Source: a virus. Taken from it: a stretch of 64,000 nt of DNA. The first letter of the stretch is position 1. Each line of letters starts with the position of its first letter. Below are positions 39,343 through 48,141 of the stretch, piece after piece. Both the position numbers and the translations under genes were made by a program. Under the pieces are notes generated by a model. The model did not search any database. It worked only from the letters and a program-made list of their open reading frames with translations, and was not told where the DNA came from. Location of the stretch: IMG/VR virus record IMGVR_UViG_3300021960_000019; one strand, 5' to 3'.

Positions 39343-40377
39343 ATGATGAGTCTTATGAATAAAATTAGAAAGAACACTACCTTCAAGGATGGGAGAGTTG
39401 ATGTTTTATCAGAGTCAAAGTTTCTGAATCAAAAAGACATGACCTCAACAAGTATCCCTGCAGTAAATATTGCATTGTCTGGATCGCCAGATGGTGGATT
39501 CACTTCAGGACTTACTATGATTGCCGGGCCAAGTAAACACTTTAAGACTGCATTTGGTCTTTTGATGATGAAATCTTATTTGGATAAAAATCCAGATGGC
39601 GTTGCATTGTTTTATGATTCGGAGTTTGGTACGCCGCAGGCATATTTCGATACTTTCCAAATCGATACTAGTAGAGTTATTCATGTGCCTGTTACAAACC
39701 TAGAAGAATTAAAATTTGATATTATGTCACAACTATCAGACATTGAAGTTGGCGATAAGTTGTTTATCGTAATAGATTCTGTAGGAAATCTTGCATCGAA
39801 GAAAGAAGTTGACGATGCGGAATCTGGTAAGTCTGCAGCAGACATGACACGAGCAAAACAATTCAAGTCTTTGTTTAGAATGGTAACACCACATCTATCA
39901 ATGAAAGATATCCCTATGGTTGCGATTAACCATACATACGACTCACAGGGTATGTTCCCCACTAAAGTCGTTTCTGGGGGTACTGGCATGTACTACAGTG
40001 CAGATACTATATGGATCATTGGTAGACAACAAGAAAAAACTGGTACAGAAATCTCTGGATATAACTTTATCATCAATGTAGAAAAATCTCGATATGTACG
40101 AGAAAAATCTAAAATTCCTGTGTCGGTAAGACATGAAGGTGGTATGGATACTTGGAGTGGTCTACTTGATATGGCATTAGATGCTGGGTGTATAAGTCAA
40201 TCTGGTGCGTGGTATCAATTAGTTGATTTGGAATCTGGAGAAGTACAGGATAAAAAATATCGATCCAAAGAATTTACTGGAAAAGAGTTTTGGACACCTA
40301 TTTTAGAAAGTAATCATTTTAAGAAATATTTGAAAGAAAGATATGTAGTAGGTAATAGTGCGATTATGGAGGAATAA
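39343..40377 (+). CDS. uvsX: RecA-like recombinase UvsX
   Basis: GPSKHFKT, YDSEFG, DSVGNLASKKE and SGGTG. Confidence 0.96.
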   Translation: MMSLMNKIRKNTTFKDGRVDVLSESKFLNQKDMTSTSIPAVNIALSGSPDGGFTSGLTMIAGPSKHFKTAFGLLMMKSYLDKNPDGVALFYDSEFGTPQAYFDTFQIDTSRVIHVPVTNLEELKFDIMSQLSDIEVGDKLFIVIDSVGNLASKKEVDDAESGKSAADMTRAKQFKSLFRMVTPHLSMKDIPMVAINHTYDSQGMFPTKVVSGGTGMYYSADTIWIIGRQQEKTGTEISGYNFIINVEKSRYVREKSKIPVSVRHEGGMDTWSGLLDMALDAGCISQSGAWYQLVDLESGEVQDKKYRSKEFTGKEFWTPILESNHFKKYLKERYVVGNSAIMEE

Positions 40378-40701
40378 ATGGCACTATTTGCATCGAAGTA
40401 TGTATATAAGCAAAGACTAGATATTTGTAAAGGGTGCGATCAATTTCAAAAGATGGCACTACTTTGCAAATCGTGTGGTTGTTTTATGCCTGCCAAGGCA
40501 AAGATTGCGAATATAAGGTGTCCAGAAGATAAGTGGGTAGAAGTTTATGGTACTGAAGAAAAAGAACCAGAGACAGTAACCCTCTTAAAATCTGTACAAA
40601 CAGAAACATATCAAGAAAAAACAAGTAGACTTATGAATACTGCAAAAAATCTTAGGATAGAGGCAGATAAATTAGAGAAAGAGGCGAAAGGAATATTATG
40701 A
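40378..40701 (+). CDS. Cys-rich hypothetical protein
   Basis: RLDICKGC..CKSCGCFM..CPEDKW. Confidence 0.65.
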   Translation: MALFASKYVYKQRLDICKGCDQFQKMALLCKSCGCFMPAKAKIANIRCPEDKWVEVYGTEEKEPETVTLLKSVQTETYQEKTSRLMNTAKNLRIEADKLEKEAKGIL

Positions 40702-41009
40702 CCGACACTGTTACTGAACAAACTTTTACCATGATGCAAACCGAAAATGAAGAAGATGGGTATGCAATCAAAATTAATGAAGGCCAATTTCTTAATGTGA
40801 TTTATACAATTGGTTCTGTAAAGATCCATGAAGAAGGTGATGAGGCAAGATTAGAGTTTGATTTTACTCCAATAAAGGGTAACATTATGTGGCCAGTAGA
40901 AAAGTTATATGAAAACGAAAAATTACAAGAACTTGCTGGACAAATCCTAAAATATATGTTAGAAGTATCAGTCAATGATGCACTTAACAATGTAAACACG
41001 CAGGCCTAA
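40698..41009 (+). CDS. Hypothetical protein in the gp40 position
   Basis: Lies between uvsX and gp41, where T4 has gp40; sequence identity not established. Confidence 0.55.
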   Translation: MTDTVTEQTFTMMQTENEEDGYAIKINEGQFLNVIYTIGSVKIHEEGDEARLEFDFTPIKGNIMWPVEKLYENEKLQELAGQILKYMLEVSVNDALNNVNTQA

Positions 41010-42389
41010 ATGGAAATTACAGAACTTATAATTTTAAAGAATTTGATTCACAATGATGAGTATTGTCGCAAGGCAATGCCTTTCATACAGAATGAGTATT
41101 TCGTAGATGAAAAAAACAAGGTTATATTTAATGCAATATATGACCATGTAGACAAATATAATACTGCACCATCTACAACAACTTTGACTGTAACACTAGA
41201 TGAAATGCAAGTCAGTGATATGGTACATAAAGAGTGTACTGAAACTATTTCTGTTATGAACCAATTAGAAGATGTTAGTTCTGATTGGTTGGTAGATACA
41301 ACAGAGAAATGGTGCAAAGACCGAGCGTTATATCTTGCTATCATGGAATCAATTCAAATTATTGATGGAAATGACAAGACACAAGATAAAGGTTCATTAC
41401 CTAAAATTTTATCTGATGCACTTGCAGTTTCTTTTGATAATAATATCGGACACGATTTTATAGAAGATTTTGAATCTAGATTTGAATTCTATCAAAGAGT
41501 GGAAGAAAGAATTCCTTTTCATTTGGATATGTTGAACAAAATCACCAAAGGTGGTTTGGTTAACAAATCTCTTAATATTGCACTTGCTGGTACTGGTGTC
41601 GGTAAATCTTTGTTTATGTGTGATGTCGCAGCAAACCATTTGATGATGGGTAAGAATGTTTTGTATATTACTTTGGAGATGTCCGAAGAAAAAATTGCAG
41701 AACGTATTGATGCAAACCTTTTAAATGTACCTATATCTCAAGTTGAGAGTATGCCGAAAGACTTGTTTGAAAAAAAGATTGAAAAATTAAGACAAAAAAC
41801 AACTGGAAAACTTATTGTAAAAGAGTATCCAACTGCTTCTGCAAATGCAAATCATTTCAGACATTTAATACAAGAACTTGCACTCAAAAAGAATTTTGTG
41901 CCAGATATTATATACATTGATTATCTCAACATATGTACGTCATCTCGCATTAAACAGGGTGGTAGTGTTAATTCATACACATATATTAAATCTATTGCAG
42001 AAGAAATACGTGGACTTGCAGTAGAGAATAATTTGCCTATCGTTAGTGCAACACAAACTACACGTAGTGGATATACCAACTCTGATGTTGGACTAGAAGA
42101 TACGTCAGAGTCATTCGGTTTGCCTGCAACTGCAGATTTGATGTTTGCTTTAATTAGTACAGAAGAATTACAGGAATTAGATCAGATACTTGTAAAACAG
42201 TTGAAAAATCGATATAATGATCCAAATGTAAATAAAAGATTTGTAGTTGGTATCGATAGACCTAAAATGAGACTATACGATGCAGAAGATGCAGCCCAAG
42301 ATGAATTGATTACAGAACAACAAGATAGTACATTTAAATCAAACTTTGGACAAAGAAAGAAATTAGGAAGTGTAGAGATAAAAATATGA
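41010..42389 (+). CDS. gp41: Replicative helicase gp41
   Basis: AGTGVGKS, YITLEMSEE, IDYLNI, SATQTTR and KQLKNRY. Confidence 0.97.
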   Translation: MEITELIILKNLIHNDEYCRKAMPFIQNEYFVDEKNKVIFNAIYDHVDKYNTAPSTTTLTVTLDEMQVSDMVHKECTETISVMNQLEDVSSDWLVDTTEKWCKDRALYLAIMESIQIIDGNDKTQDKGSLPKILSDALAVSFDNNIGHDFIEDFESRFEFYQRVEERIPFHLDMLNKITKGGLVNKSLNIALAGTGVGKSLFMCDVAANHLMMGKNVLYITLEMSEEKIAERIDANLLNVPISQVESMPKDLFEKKIEKLRQKTTGKLIVKEYPTASANANHFRHLIQELALKKNFVPDIIYIDYLNICTSSRIKQGGSVNSYTYIKSIAEEIRGLAVENNLPIVSATQTTRSGYTNSDVGLEDTSESFGLPATADLMFALISTEELQELDQILVKQLKNRYNDPNVNKRFVVGIDRPKMRLYDAEDAAQDELITEQQDSTFKSNFGQRKKLGSVEIKI

Positions 42390-43027
42390 GTGAAGAATTT
42401 ACAGAAGAACAGACAGTTTTAGAAACTGAAGATACATTCGAAATGGTACAACCAAGTGGTGCAAAGTCATTTATTTGTATGTATGATAATGCATTAGAAG
42501 ATGATATGTGCGACAAGTTGGTTGAACTTTTTGATAAATCAGAAGAATATCATAAAGTAACAGAAACTGAAGGGTTTCGTAAGTTTACTGAATTAAATAT
42601 ATTCAATAGTGAACTTTTGGAAAAAGAACCAGAGTTTAATAGACTCGGATTTAGAATGTTGGAAAAGGTGCAAGAATATACCGAATCATATCGTAGATTT
42701 TGGAATATTGAACATTTTCCAACCCAGGCATCTAATGAAGAAATTAGAATGAAAAAGTACACTGCAAATGCGGAGACAGAAGAACATTTTGGTTATCATT
42801 CTGATGTTGGAGATTATGCCTCCGCAAAGAGATTTTTGGTAGTTATGTTTTACCTTAATGACGTTGAAGAAGGTGGCCAGACTATTTTTCCAGAATATCA
42901 ACTTGCCGCAAAACCAACAAAGGGTAGTCTTATGGTGTTTCCACCATTCTGGACTCATCCTCATCTTGCAGAAGCACCTAAAAGTAACGACAAATATATC
43001 ATTAGTACGTATTTGCACTATCTATAG
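42386..43027 (+). CDS. 2OG-Fe(II) oxygenase (prolyl-4-hydroxylase-like)
   Basis: HSD, FYLNDVEEGGQT, FPPFWTHPH and KYIIST. Confidence 0.88.
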   Translation: MSEEFTEEQTVLETEDTFEMVQPSGAKSFICMYDNALEDDMCDKLVELFDKSEEYHKVTETEGFRKFTELNIFNSELLEKEPEFNRLGFRMLEKVQEYTESYRRFWNIEHFPTQASNEEIRMKKYTANAETEEHFGYHSDVGDYASAKRFLVVMFYLNDVEEGGQTIFPEYQLAAKPTKGSLMVFPPFWTHPHLAEAPKSNDKYIISTYLHYL

Positions 43028-43040
43028 TATACTTTTTTAC

Positions 43041-43074
43041 TTGACAATCCTTGCCTAATAGTTTTTAATAAATA
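43041..43074 (+). promoter_or_regulatory. Sigma70-like promoter overlapping a late-like AATAAATA
   Basis: TTGACA-N17-TTTAAT; AATAAATA at 43067-43074. Confidence 0.55.
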
Positions 43075-43102
43075 TGAACTAACAGAGCAAGGATTGATTC
43101 TA

Positions 43103-44506
43103 ATGGCATATAATCTAAGATTAAATGACGCAAAAGACACTAAACTAGTTCCCGCAACACGCCCTAGGCGAAAAGATATAGTTGGAATACAACAGTATAT
43201 CAACGAAACATATAGAAGTCCAATTATCTTAGATCCTAAAGGTAATTATACTACTATTAAAATTCCTAGAAGTGTTTCTAAGAATATCACTATCCCAAAT
43301 CTCAAACGTGCATTAACAAAAGCTGGTTGTAACATCAGTCAATTAAATATTACATTTGGTGATGGTTCTGGTAAAACCAAAGGTGGCATGGATGCATCTG
43401 AAACCAAGTTTCAAGAAAATGCCACACTAGAGTTTTGCAAACAAATGATTGAAAAAAATAAAAAACCTACATTTAATACAATTAAAAATATCTACAAAAA
43501 AGTGGATGATGATTGGATGGAAAGTTTTGAGGCAACCGCTCAGGCATTAAAAGACTATGTGAAACGAGGTGGATATGAATATAGTAGAGATACAGGAGTC
43601 ATGCCAGTAATTGAAAAACTCGCATCACAATATTGTGGAGTTACTAAAAAAGATGCTTGGAACCCAATGGATATTGTTATTATTCGTAGTTCTAAGAAAT
43701 TTAAAATTATGAAGGAGTTGAATGAAGTGAGAAAATTTAATGATAAAGATGCCGCACTAGATTACTTAAATTCTAAAATGAGATATTATGCCCATGATAA
43801 AGATTTGTTGGGAATCTCTTTAAAGAAAGTAAACCCTAAGAAAAGAATTAAAACTGAATGGAGTGACCCTAAAATAATCAGACAACAAGAATCTCCAAAC
43901 ATCAAAATTATTCAGAGTGGGATAAATTTTGATTGGACACTTCAAAGTAATGGAGAATTCAAAACTGGAGAACTTTCCTTTCAATTGGATATTAATGGAA
44001 ACTTAGTTACGATGCAGAAAAGATCCTTTTCTGGTGGAGTGCGAGAGAAAAACCAAATAGACATGACTGCAAAGGGTGCATCTGCAAAATTGGGTAAAGT
44101 ATCTGGACCTCTTGCTGTAGACCCTTTCTTAAAACTATACTCTATGTCACGGTTTGATATGAAAAATATGCCAAGAATGGGATCATTCACTCAAAATGAA
44201 ATTGATTATTGGGTACACTTATATAAAAAGGTTTACTTGAAGAAAATTGATAGACAGAATATCAATTTTGGACCTGCAAAAAATCCGACTATATTTAAAA
44301 ACACTTTAACAGCCGCAATTGAATTGGAACAAGATATCGCAAGAACTGCATCACAACTAAGTTCGAAATTACAGTCTCTTTATTTCTTAAATTTGTTGGT
44401 ACAAATTGACGAAAAGGGTGGTATTAAAGATTTCTTTGAAGTGATGTATTATGGTGCAAAAAAACAATATGAAAGTGCCGGTGTGTTTTTGAAAATATCC
44501 GATTAA
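43103..44506 (+). CDS. Hypothetical basic protein, possible PD-(D/E)xK restriction-type nuclease
   Basis: TKFQE, WNPMDI and GISLKK spacing; ATG at 43103 follows AAGGA. Confidence 0.55.
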   Translation: MAYNLRLNDAKDTKLVPATRPRRKDIVGIQQYINETYRSPIILDPKGNYTTIKIPRSVSKNITIPNLKRALTKAGCNISQLNITFGDGSGKTKGGMDASETKFQENATLEFCKQMIEKNKKPTFNTIKNIYKKVDDDWMESFEATAQALKDYVKRGGYEYSRDTGVMPVIEKLASQYCGVTKKDAWNPMDIVIIRSSKKFKIMKELNEVRKFNDKDAALDYLNSKMRYYAHDKDLLGISLKKVNPKKRIKTEWSDPKIIRQQESPNIKIIQSGINFDWTLQSNGEFKTGELSFQLDINGNLVTMQKRSFSGGVREKNQIDMTAKGASAKLGKVSGPLAVDPFLKLYSMSRFDMKNMPRMGSFTQNEIDYWVHLYKKVYLKKIDRQNINFGPAKNPTIFKNTLTAAIELEQDIARTASQLSSKLQSLYFLNLLVQIDEKGGIKDFFEVMYYGAKKQYESAGVFLKISD

Positions 44507-44546
44507 AAAAATACATAAATAATAGTTTAACAACAGGAAAAGTAGG

Positions 44547-45800
44547 ATGATGGAATCCTTTAATGAATTTTTGACAGAAGATAAGGGTGGTAAGAACCTG
44601 CATCTCGAACATATTGAAGATGAAATCATCAATTATGGAATTAGTGGTGGTAGGGCTTCAATAAATTTCTTACGTTCGTTGAGAGATATGTTATCTGGTT
44701 CTTCTACCAAACAAGTTAATATGACTGTTAAGTGGGATGGTGCTCCAGCAATCTTTGCTGGAGTTGACCCATCTGATGGAAAATTCTTTGTTGCAAAGAA
44801 AGGAGTATTTAATATAACTCCAAAACTTTACAAAACTAAAGAGGAAATAGATAATGATCTCTCAGGCAACCTTAATTCAAAATTTAAAGTCGCGTTGGAA
44901 GAACTTTCGAAATTGGGTATCACTAATGTTTTACAAGGTGATCTTATGTATACCGATGATGTAGAAACTAAAACTATAGATGGGATTAATTACTACACAT
45001 TTCAACCGAATACAATTGTATATGCAGTACCAGTAGCTTCTGAATTGGGCAAAACCATCAAAAAGTCAAAATTGGGAATTGTTTGGCATACTACATATAC
45101 AGGTAATGAGTTACAGGGTATGACTGCATCCTTTGGTGCTGATATTAGTAAGTTAAGAAAACCATCTACTGTGTGGATGGACGATGCTACATACAAAGAT
45201 GTTTCTGGAAGTGCAAAATTTACTAAAAAAGAAACTTCTGAAATTACTAAAATACTATCATCTACTGGAAAAAGGTTTCAAAAAATTAAAACCTCAGATT
45301 TTAATAAATTTCAAAAGATGCAAATAGATGTAATGAAGGGAACATTATCTGGCGCATCATTTAAAACATATTTAAACTCTTTTATTAGAAAAGGTGAGTC
45401 ATTTGACTCGACGAAGGCAAAAAGATTTGACTATCCTATGTACGTAAAGAAATATTTTGATGAAAAAATTATAGTCAAATTGAAAACTGAAAAGTCTCGA
45501 ACTGCTAAGGCAGAATTGAGAGACCAATTAGTTAAAGATTTAATAAAGTATAATTCTATGATAATTCAACTAATAGAATTTATGTCTGGAATTGTAAACG
45601 CAAAAATGATTATTGTCAAAAAACTTGACAAAGTACAACAATTAACAAAAACTTTCATTCGTACATCGAATGGATATAAAGTAACAAATGCAGAAGGTTA
45701 CGTTGCTATTGATAATAATGGTAAATCTGCAGTAAAATTAGTGGATAGATTAGAATTCAGTTATAATAATTTCACAGCAGCTAAGGCATGGGATAAATAA
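44547..45800 (+). CDS. ATP-dependent ligase-fold protein (RNA-ligase-like) with capsid-targeting-like N-terminus
   Basis: KWDG (motif I), LQGDL (III), EGYVA (IV) and VKL (V); begins MESFNEFLTE; CATAAATA upstream at 44514-44521. Confidence 0.65.
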   Translation: MMESFNEFLTEDKGGKNLHLEHIEDEIINYGISGGRASINFLRSLRDMLSGSSTKQVNMTVKWDGAPAIFAGVDPSDGKFFVAKKGVFNITPKLYKTKEEIDNDLSGNLNSKFKVALEELSKLGITNVLQGDLMYTDDVETKTIDGINYYTFQPNTIVYAVPVASELGKTIKKSKLGIVWHTTYTGNELQGMTASFGADISKLRKPSTVWMDDATYKDVSGSAKFTKKETSEITKILSSTGKRFQKIKTSDFNKFQKMQIDVMKGTLSGASFKTYLNSFIRKGESFDSTKAKRFDYPMYVKKYFDEKIIVKLKTEKSRTAKAELRDQLVKDLIKYNSMIIQLIEFMSGIVNAKMIIVKKLDKVQQLTKTFIRTSNGYKVTNAEGYVAIDNNGKSAVKLVDRLEFSYNNFTAAKAWDK

Positions 45801-46157
45801 ATGTTTACATATAGAGCAACAATATTAAGATGGGTTGACGGTGATACCGTTGATGTGGATATTGATCTAGGTTTTGGGGTATGGTTACGAAAACAACGTG
45901 TAAGGTTGTTTGGAATTAACACTCCAGAAAGTCGTACTAGAGATTTGGAAGAAAAGGAGCGTGGACTTGCTGCAAAAGAATTTGCAAAAAGTTGTGCGCC
46001 AGTTGGTACATCAGTTACTATTCAAACTACTAAGGGTAAAGAGACAGGAAAATACGGTCGTATCCTTGGTACTATAATGGTAAATGAAGATCAATCAGTA
46101 AATCAAATGTTAATTGAAAACGGACATGCAGTAGAGTACTTTGGAGGAAAAAGATGA
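45801..46157 (+). CDS. Thermonuclease (SNase-like)
   Basis: VDGDT, VRLFGINTPE and GKYGRILG. Confidence 0.88.
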   Translation: MFTYRATILRWVDGDTVDVDIDLGFGVWLRKQRVRLFGINTPESRTRDLEEKERGLAAKEFAKSCAPVGTSVTIQTTKGKETGKYGRILGTIMVNEDQSVNQMLIENGHAVEYFGGKR

Positions 46158-46465
46158 CTAATCATATAAATGCATGGCAAAAGATGATTGAAAATCTAAA
46201 TGACAGATTTGACCCATCTTCTGACATAGAAGAAGATTTTGTACAGCCTTTAGTTGAAGATCATGAGGCAGATATGGCACTCACTGAGTTAAAATCTATT
46301 TCTGATAAGGCATTACAACTGGCAGAAGAAATTGAAAAGAAGAAAAATGCAATGGGTGGTGAATTAGAACTTGCTGCATGGTGTCAATCCAAAATCACCA
46401 AATGCAATGATTATATGAACAGTGTATATGATTACATGATGTATTCTGGTGATGAGAATAGTTAA
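46154..46465 (+). CDS. Hypothetical protein (candidate internal head protein)
   Basis: EDHEADMA..AWCQSKIT..DY module; coupled ORF. Confidence 0.6.
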   Translation: MTNHINAWQKMIENLNDRFDPSSDIEEDFVQPLVEDHEADMALTELKSISDKALQLAEEIEKKKNAMGGELELAAWCQSKITKCNDYMNSVYDYMMYSGDENS

Positions 46466-46758
46466 TGAAATCTTTTGGTTATTTCATATCTGAGGGTGTT
46501 AAACTCAAACTCATTCGTGGCAAAGACATGGATGTTTTGAAGATGTGGAATAAGGGTGATAAAAAGTGGGTTGAACTTAGGGGTAAGAGTGGATTTGAAA
46601 CGAAGTATGATCCAAAAGACCCACTGCATAAGGCAATCACCGCACTTGGAAAGTCTGCAAGTATATCAGACTTTATGAATGGTGATGAAGTAAGTATTAA
46701 TCCAAAACATGCAGATGGTAAAAAGGCACTAAAGATGATTAAAGGACTGATGAGGTGA
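46465..46758 (+). CDS. Candidate internal head protein
   Basis: Begins MKSFGYFISE. Confidence 0.65.
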   Translation: MKSFGYFISEGVKLKLIRGKDMDVLKMWNKGDKKWVELRGKSGFETKYDPKDPLHKAITALGKSASISDFMNGDEVSINPKHADGKKALKMIKGLMR

Positions 46759-47360
46759 AAAGTTTTAATACATTTTTAGTTGAGGCCTCAGGTAAAGGAC
46801 TAACAATCTTTGACATAGATGAAACTATGTTTATAACTAAGGCAGAAGTAAAGGTTGTTAAAGATGGAAAAGTTGTTAAAAAATTAAACAATCAGGAATT
46901 TAATACATATAAGAAAAAATCTGGAGAAGTGTTTGATTTTGGGGAGTTTAAAAGTGCAGAAGTGTTTAATAAAACTTCAACACCGATTGCCAGAATGATT
47001 AATAAAGTAAAGGTAATACTGAAAAATGCAACTAAGGCTGGTTCAAAGGTTATTATTGTAACGGCAAGACCAGATTTTGATGACAAAAAATTATTTCTTG
47101 ATACATTTAAAAATCAAGGGATTGATATAGATAAAATTTTTGTGGAACGCGCTGGAAATTTAGGTTCTGGTCCTGCTGCGGATAATAAGAAAGTTATTTT
47201 TAAAAAGTACTTAGATACAAAAATATATAAAAGAATTAGACTGTTTGATGATGCAAATTCAAACTTAAAAATGTTTCTAAGTTTACAAAAAGAATATCCA
47301 GAAGTATCTTTTGAGGCATTTCTGGCAAAACATAATGGATCAGTTAAGAGGGTAAGATGA
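46755..47360 (+). CDS. HAD-family phosphatase (Pnkp 3'-phosphatase-like) with capsid-targeting-like N-terminus
   Basis: IFDIDET, IVTAR, K and LFDD motifs; begins MKSFNTFLVE. Confidence 0.75.
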   Translation: MKSFNTFLVEASGKGLTIFDIDETMFITKAEVKVVKDGKVVKKLNNQEFNTYKKKSGEVFDFGEFKSAEVFNKTSTPIARMINKVKVILKNATKAGSKVIIVTARPDFDDKKLFLDTFKNQGIDIDKIFVERAGNLGSGPAADNKKVIFKKYLDTKIYKRIRLFDDANSNLKMFLSLQKEYPEVSFEAFLAKHNGSVKRVR

Positions 47361-47704
47361 AAAGTTTTAACAGAGTAGAAGAAATTGACCAGATTTGCGA
47401 AGAATGCAATCTATATGAAGATTTAGAATTGATTGAATCTGAATATCAAGGTAAAAAAGTTACATTAAATAAACCTAGTAGATCCCAAGATGGAAAGAAA
47501 AAGTTTTATGTGTATGTAAAGAATGAAAAGGGTAATGTTGTTAAAGTTGGATTTGGTGACCCTAATATGGAAATCAAAAGAGATGATCCTGCAAGGAGAA
47601 AATCTTTCAGAGCAAGACATAACTGCGACAATCCTGGCCCTAAATGGAAAGCTAGATATTGGAGTTGTTATCAATGGCGTGGTGGAGCAAAAGTAAAGGA
47701 CTAA
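47357..47704 (+). CDS. Conserved small basic viral protein
   Basis: KKFYVYV..KVGFGD..RRKSFRARHNC..ARYWSC; begins MKSFNRVEE. Confidence 0.7.
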   Translation: MKSFNRVEEIDQICEECNLYEDLELIESEYQGKKVTLNKPSRSQDGKKKFYVYVKNEKGNVVKVGFGDPNMEIKRDDPARRKSFRARHNCDNPGPKWKARYWSCYQWRGGAKVKD

Positions 47705-47712
47705 ATAGTAGT

Positions 47713-48141
47713 ATGACAAACGAATACAAATATGAAGATGTAGATTTTGGATTTACTGCAGTAGATGAAGATGAATTACGTAGTCTCTCTGGTGGTGATG
47801 AATCTGTAGAAAAAGTAACACAAGTCGCAGAGGCGACTAGTGCAGAACTACGTGGACTTGACGGCAAACTCTCAGAATTAATTGAAATGCAAAGAGATGT
47901 TATGTCTGAATTAATTGCATCTAAAAGTTTGTATGAAGAAAAGAGTAGTGGACTTGATATTTCTAAGGAAGTATTAGAAGATAAGTTATTAAAGTTGGAA
48001 AGACTTATTATGCCATTATTGCAAAACCTATTAAAGAATAAAGATAAAGAATATATTTTCTGGCCGAATAGAGAACCTATCATCAAAGCGCAAATGGAAA
48101 AAGTCTTAGAAATTACGAGGGATAACGATGGCGAAGGATAA
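47713..48141 (+). CDS. Hypothetical coiled-coil protein
   Basis: DFGFTAVDEDEL and PLLQNLLKNKDKEYIFWPNR; likely start 47713, after ACTAAATA. Confidence 0.65.
   Translation: MTNEYKYEDVDFGFTAVDEDELRSLSGGDESVEKVTQVAEATSAELRGLDGKLSELIEMQRDVMSELIASKSLYEEKSSGLDISKEVLEDKLLKLERLIMPLLQNLLKNKDKEYIFWPNREPIIKAQMEKVLEITRDNDGEG

Noticed and set aside
36799-42389. Inteins, introns or a split in gp43, uvsX or gp41
   Set aside because: Lengths and motif spacing are normal and the reading frames are continuous.
42386-43027. 2OG-Fe(II) oxygenase as a TET/JBP base-modifying partner of the MTases
   Set aside because: Motifs match the common prolyl-hydroxylase-like phage family rather than TET/JBP, and no C5-MTase is present.
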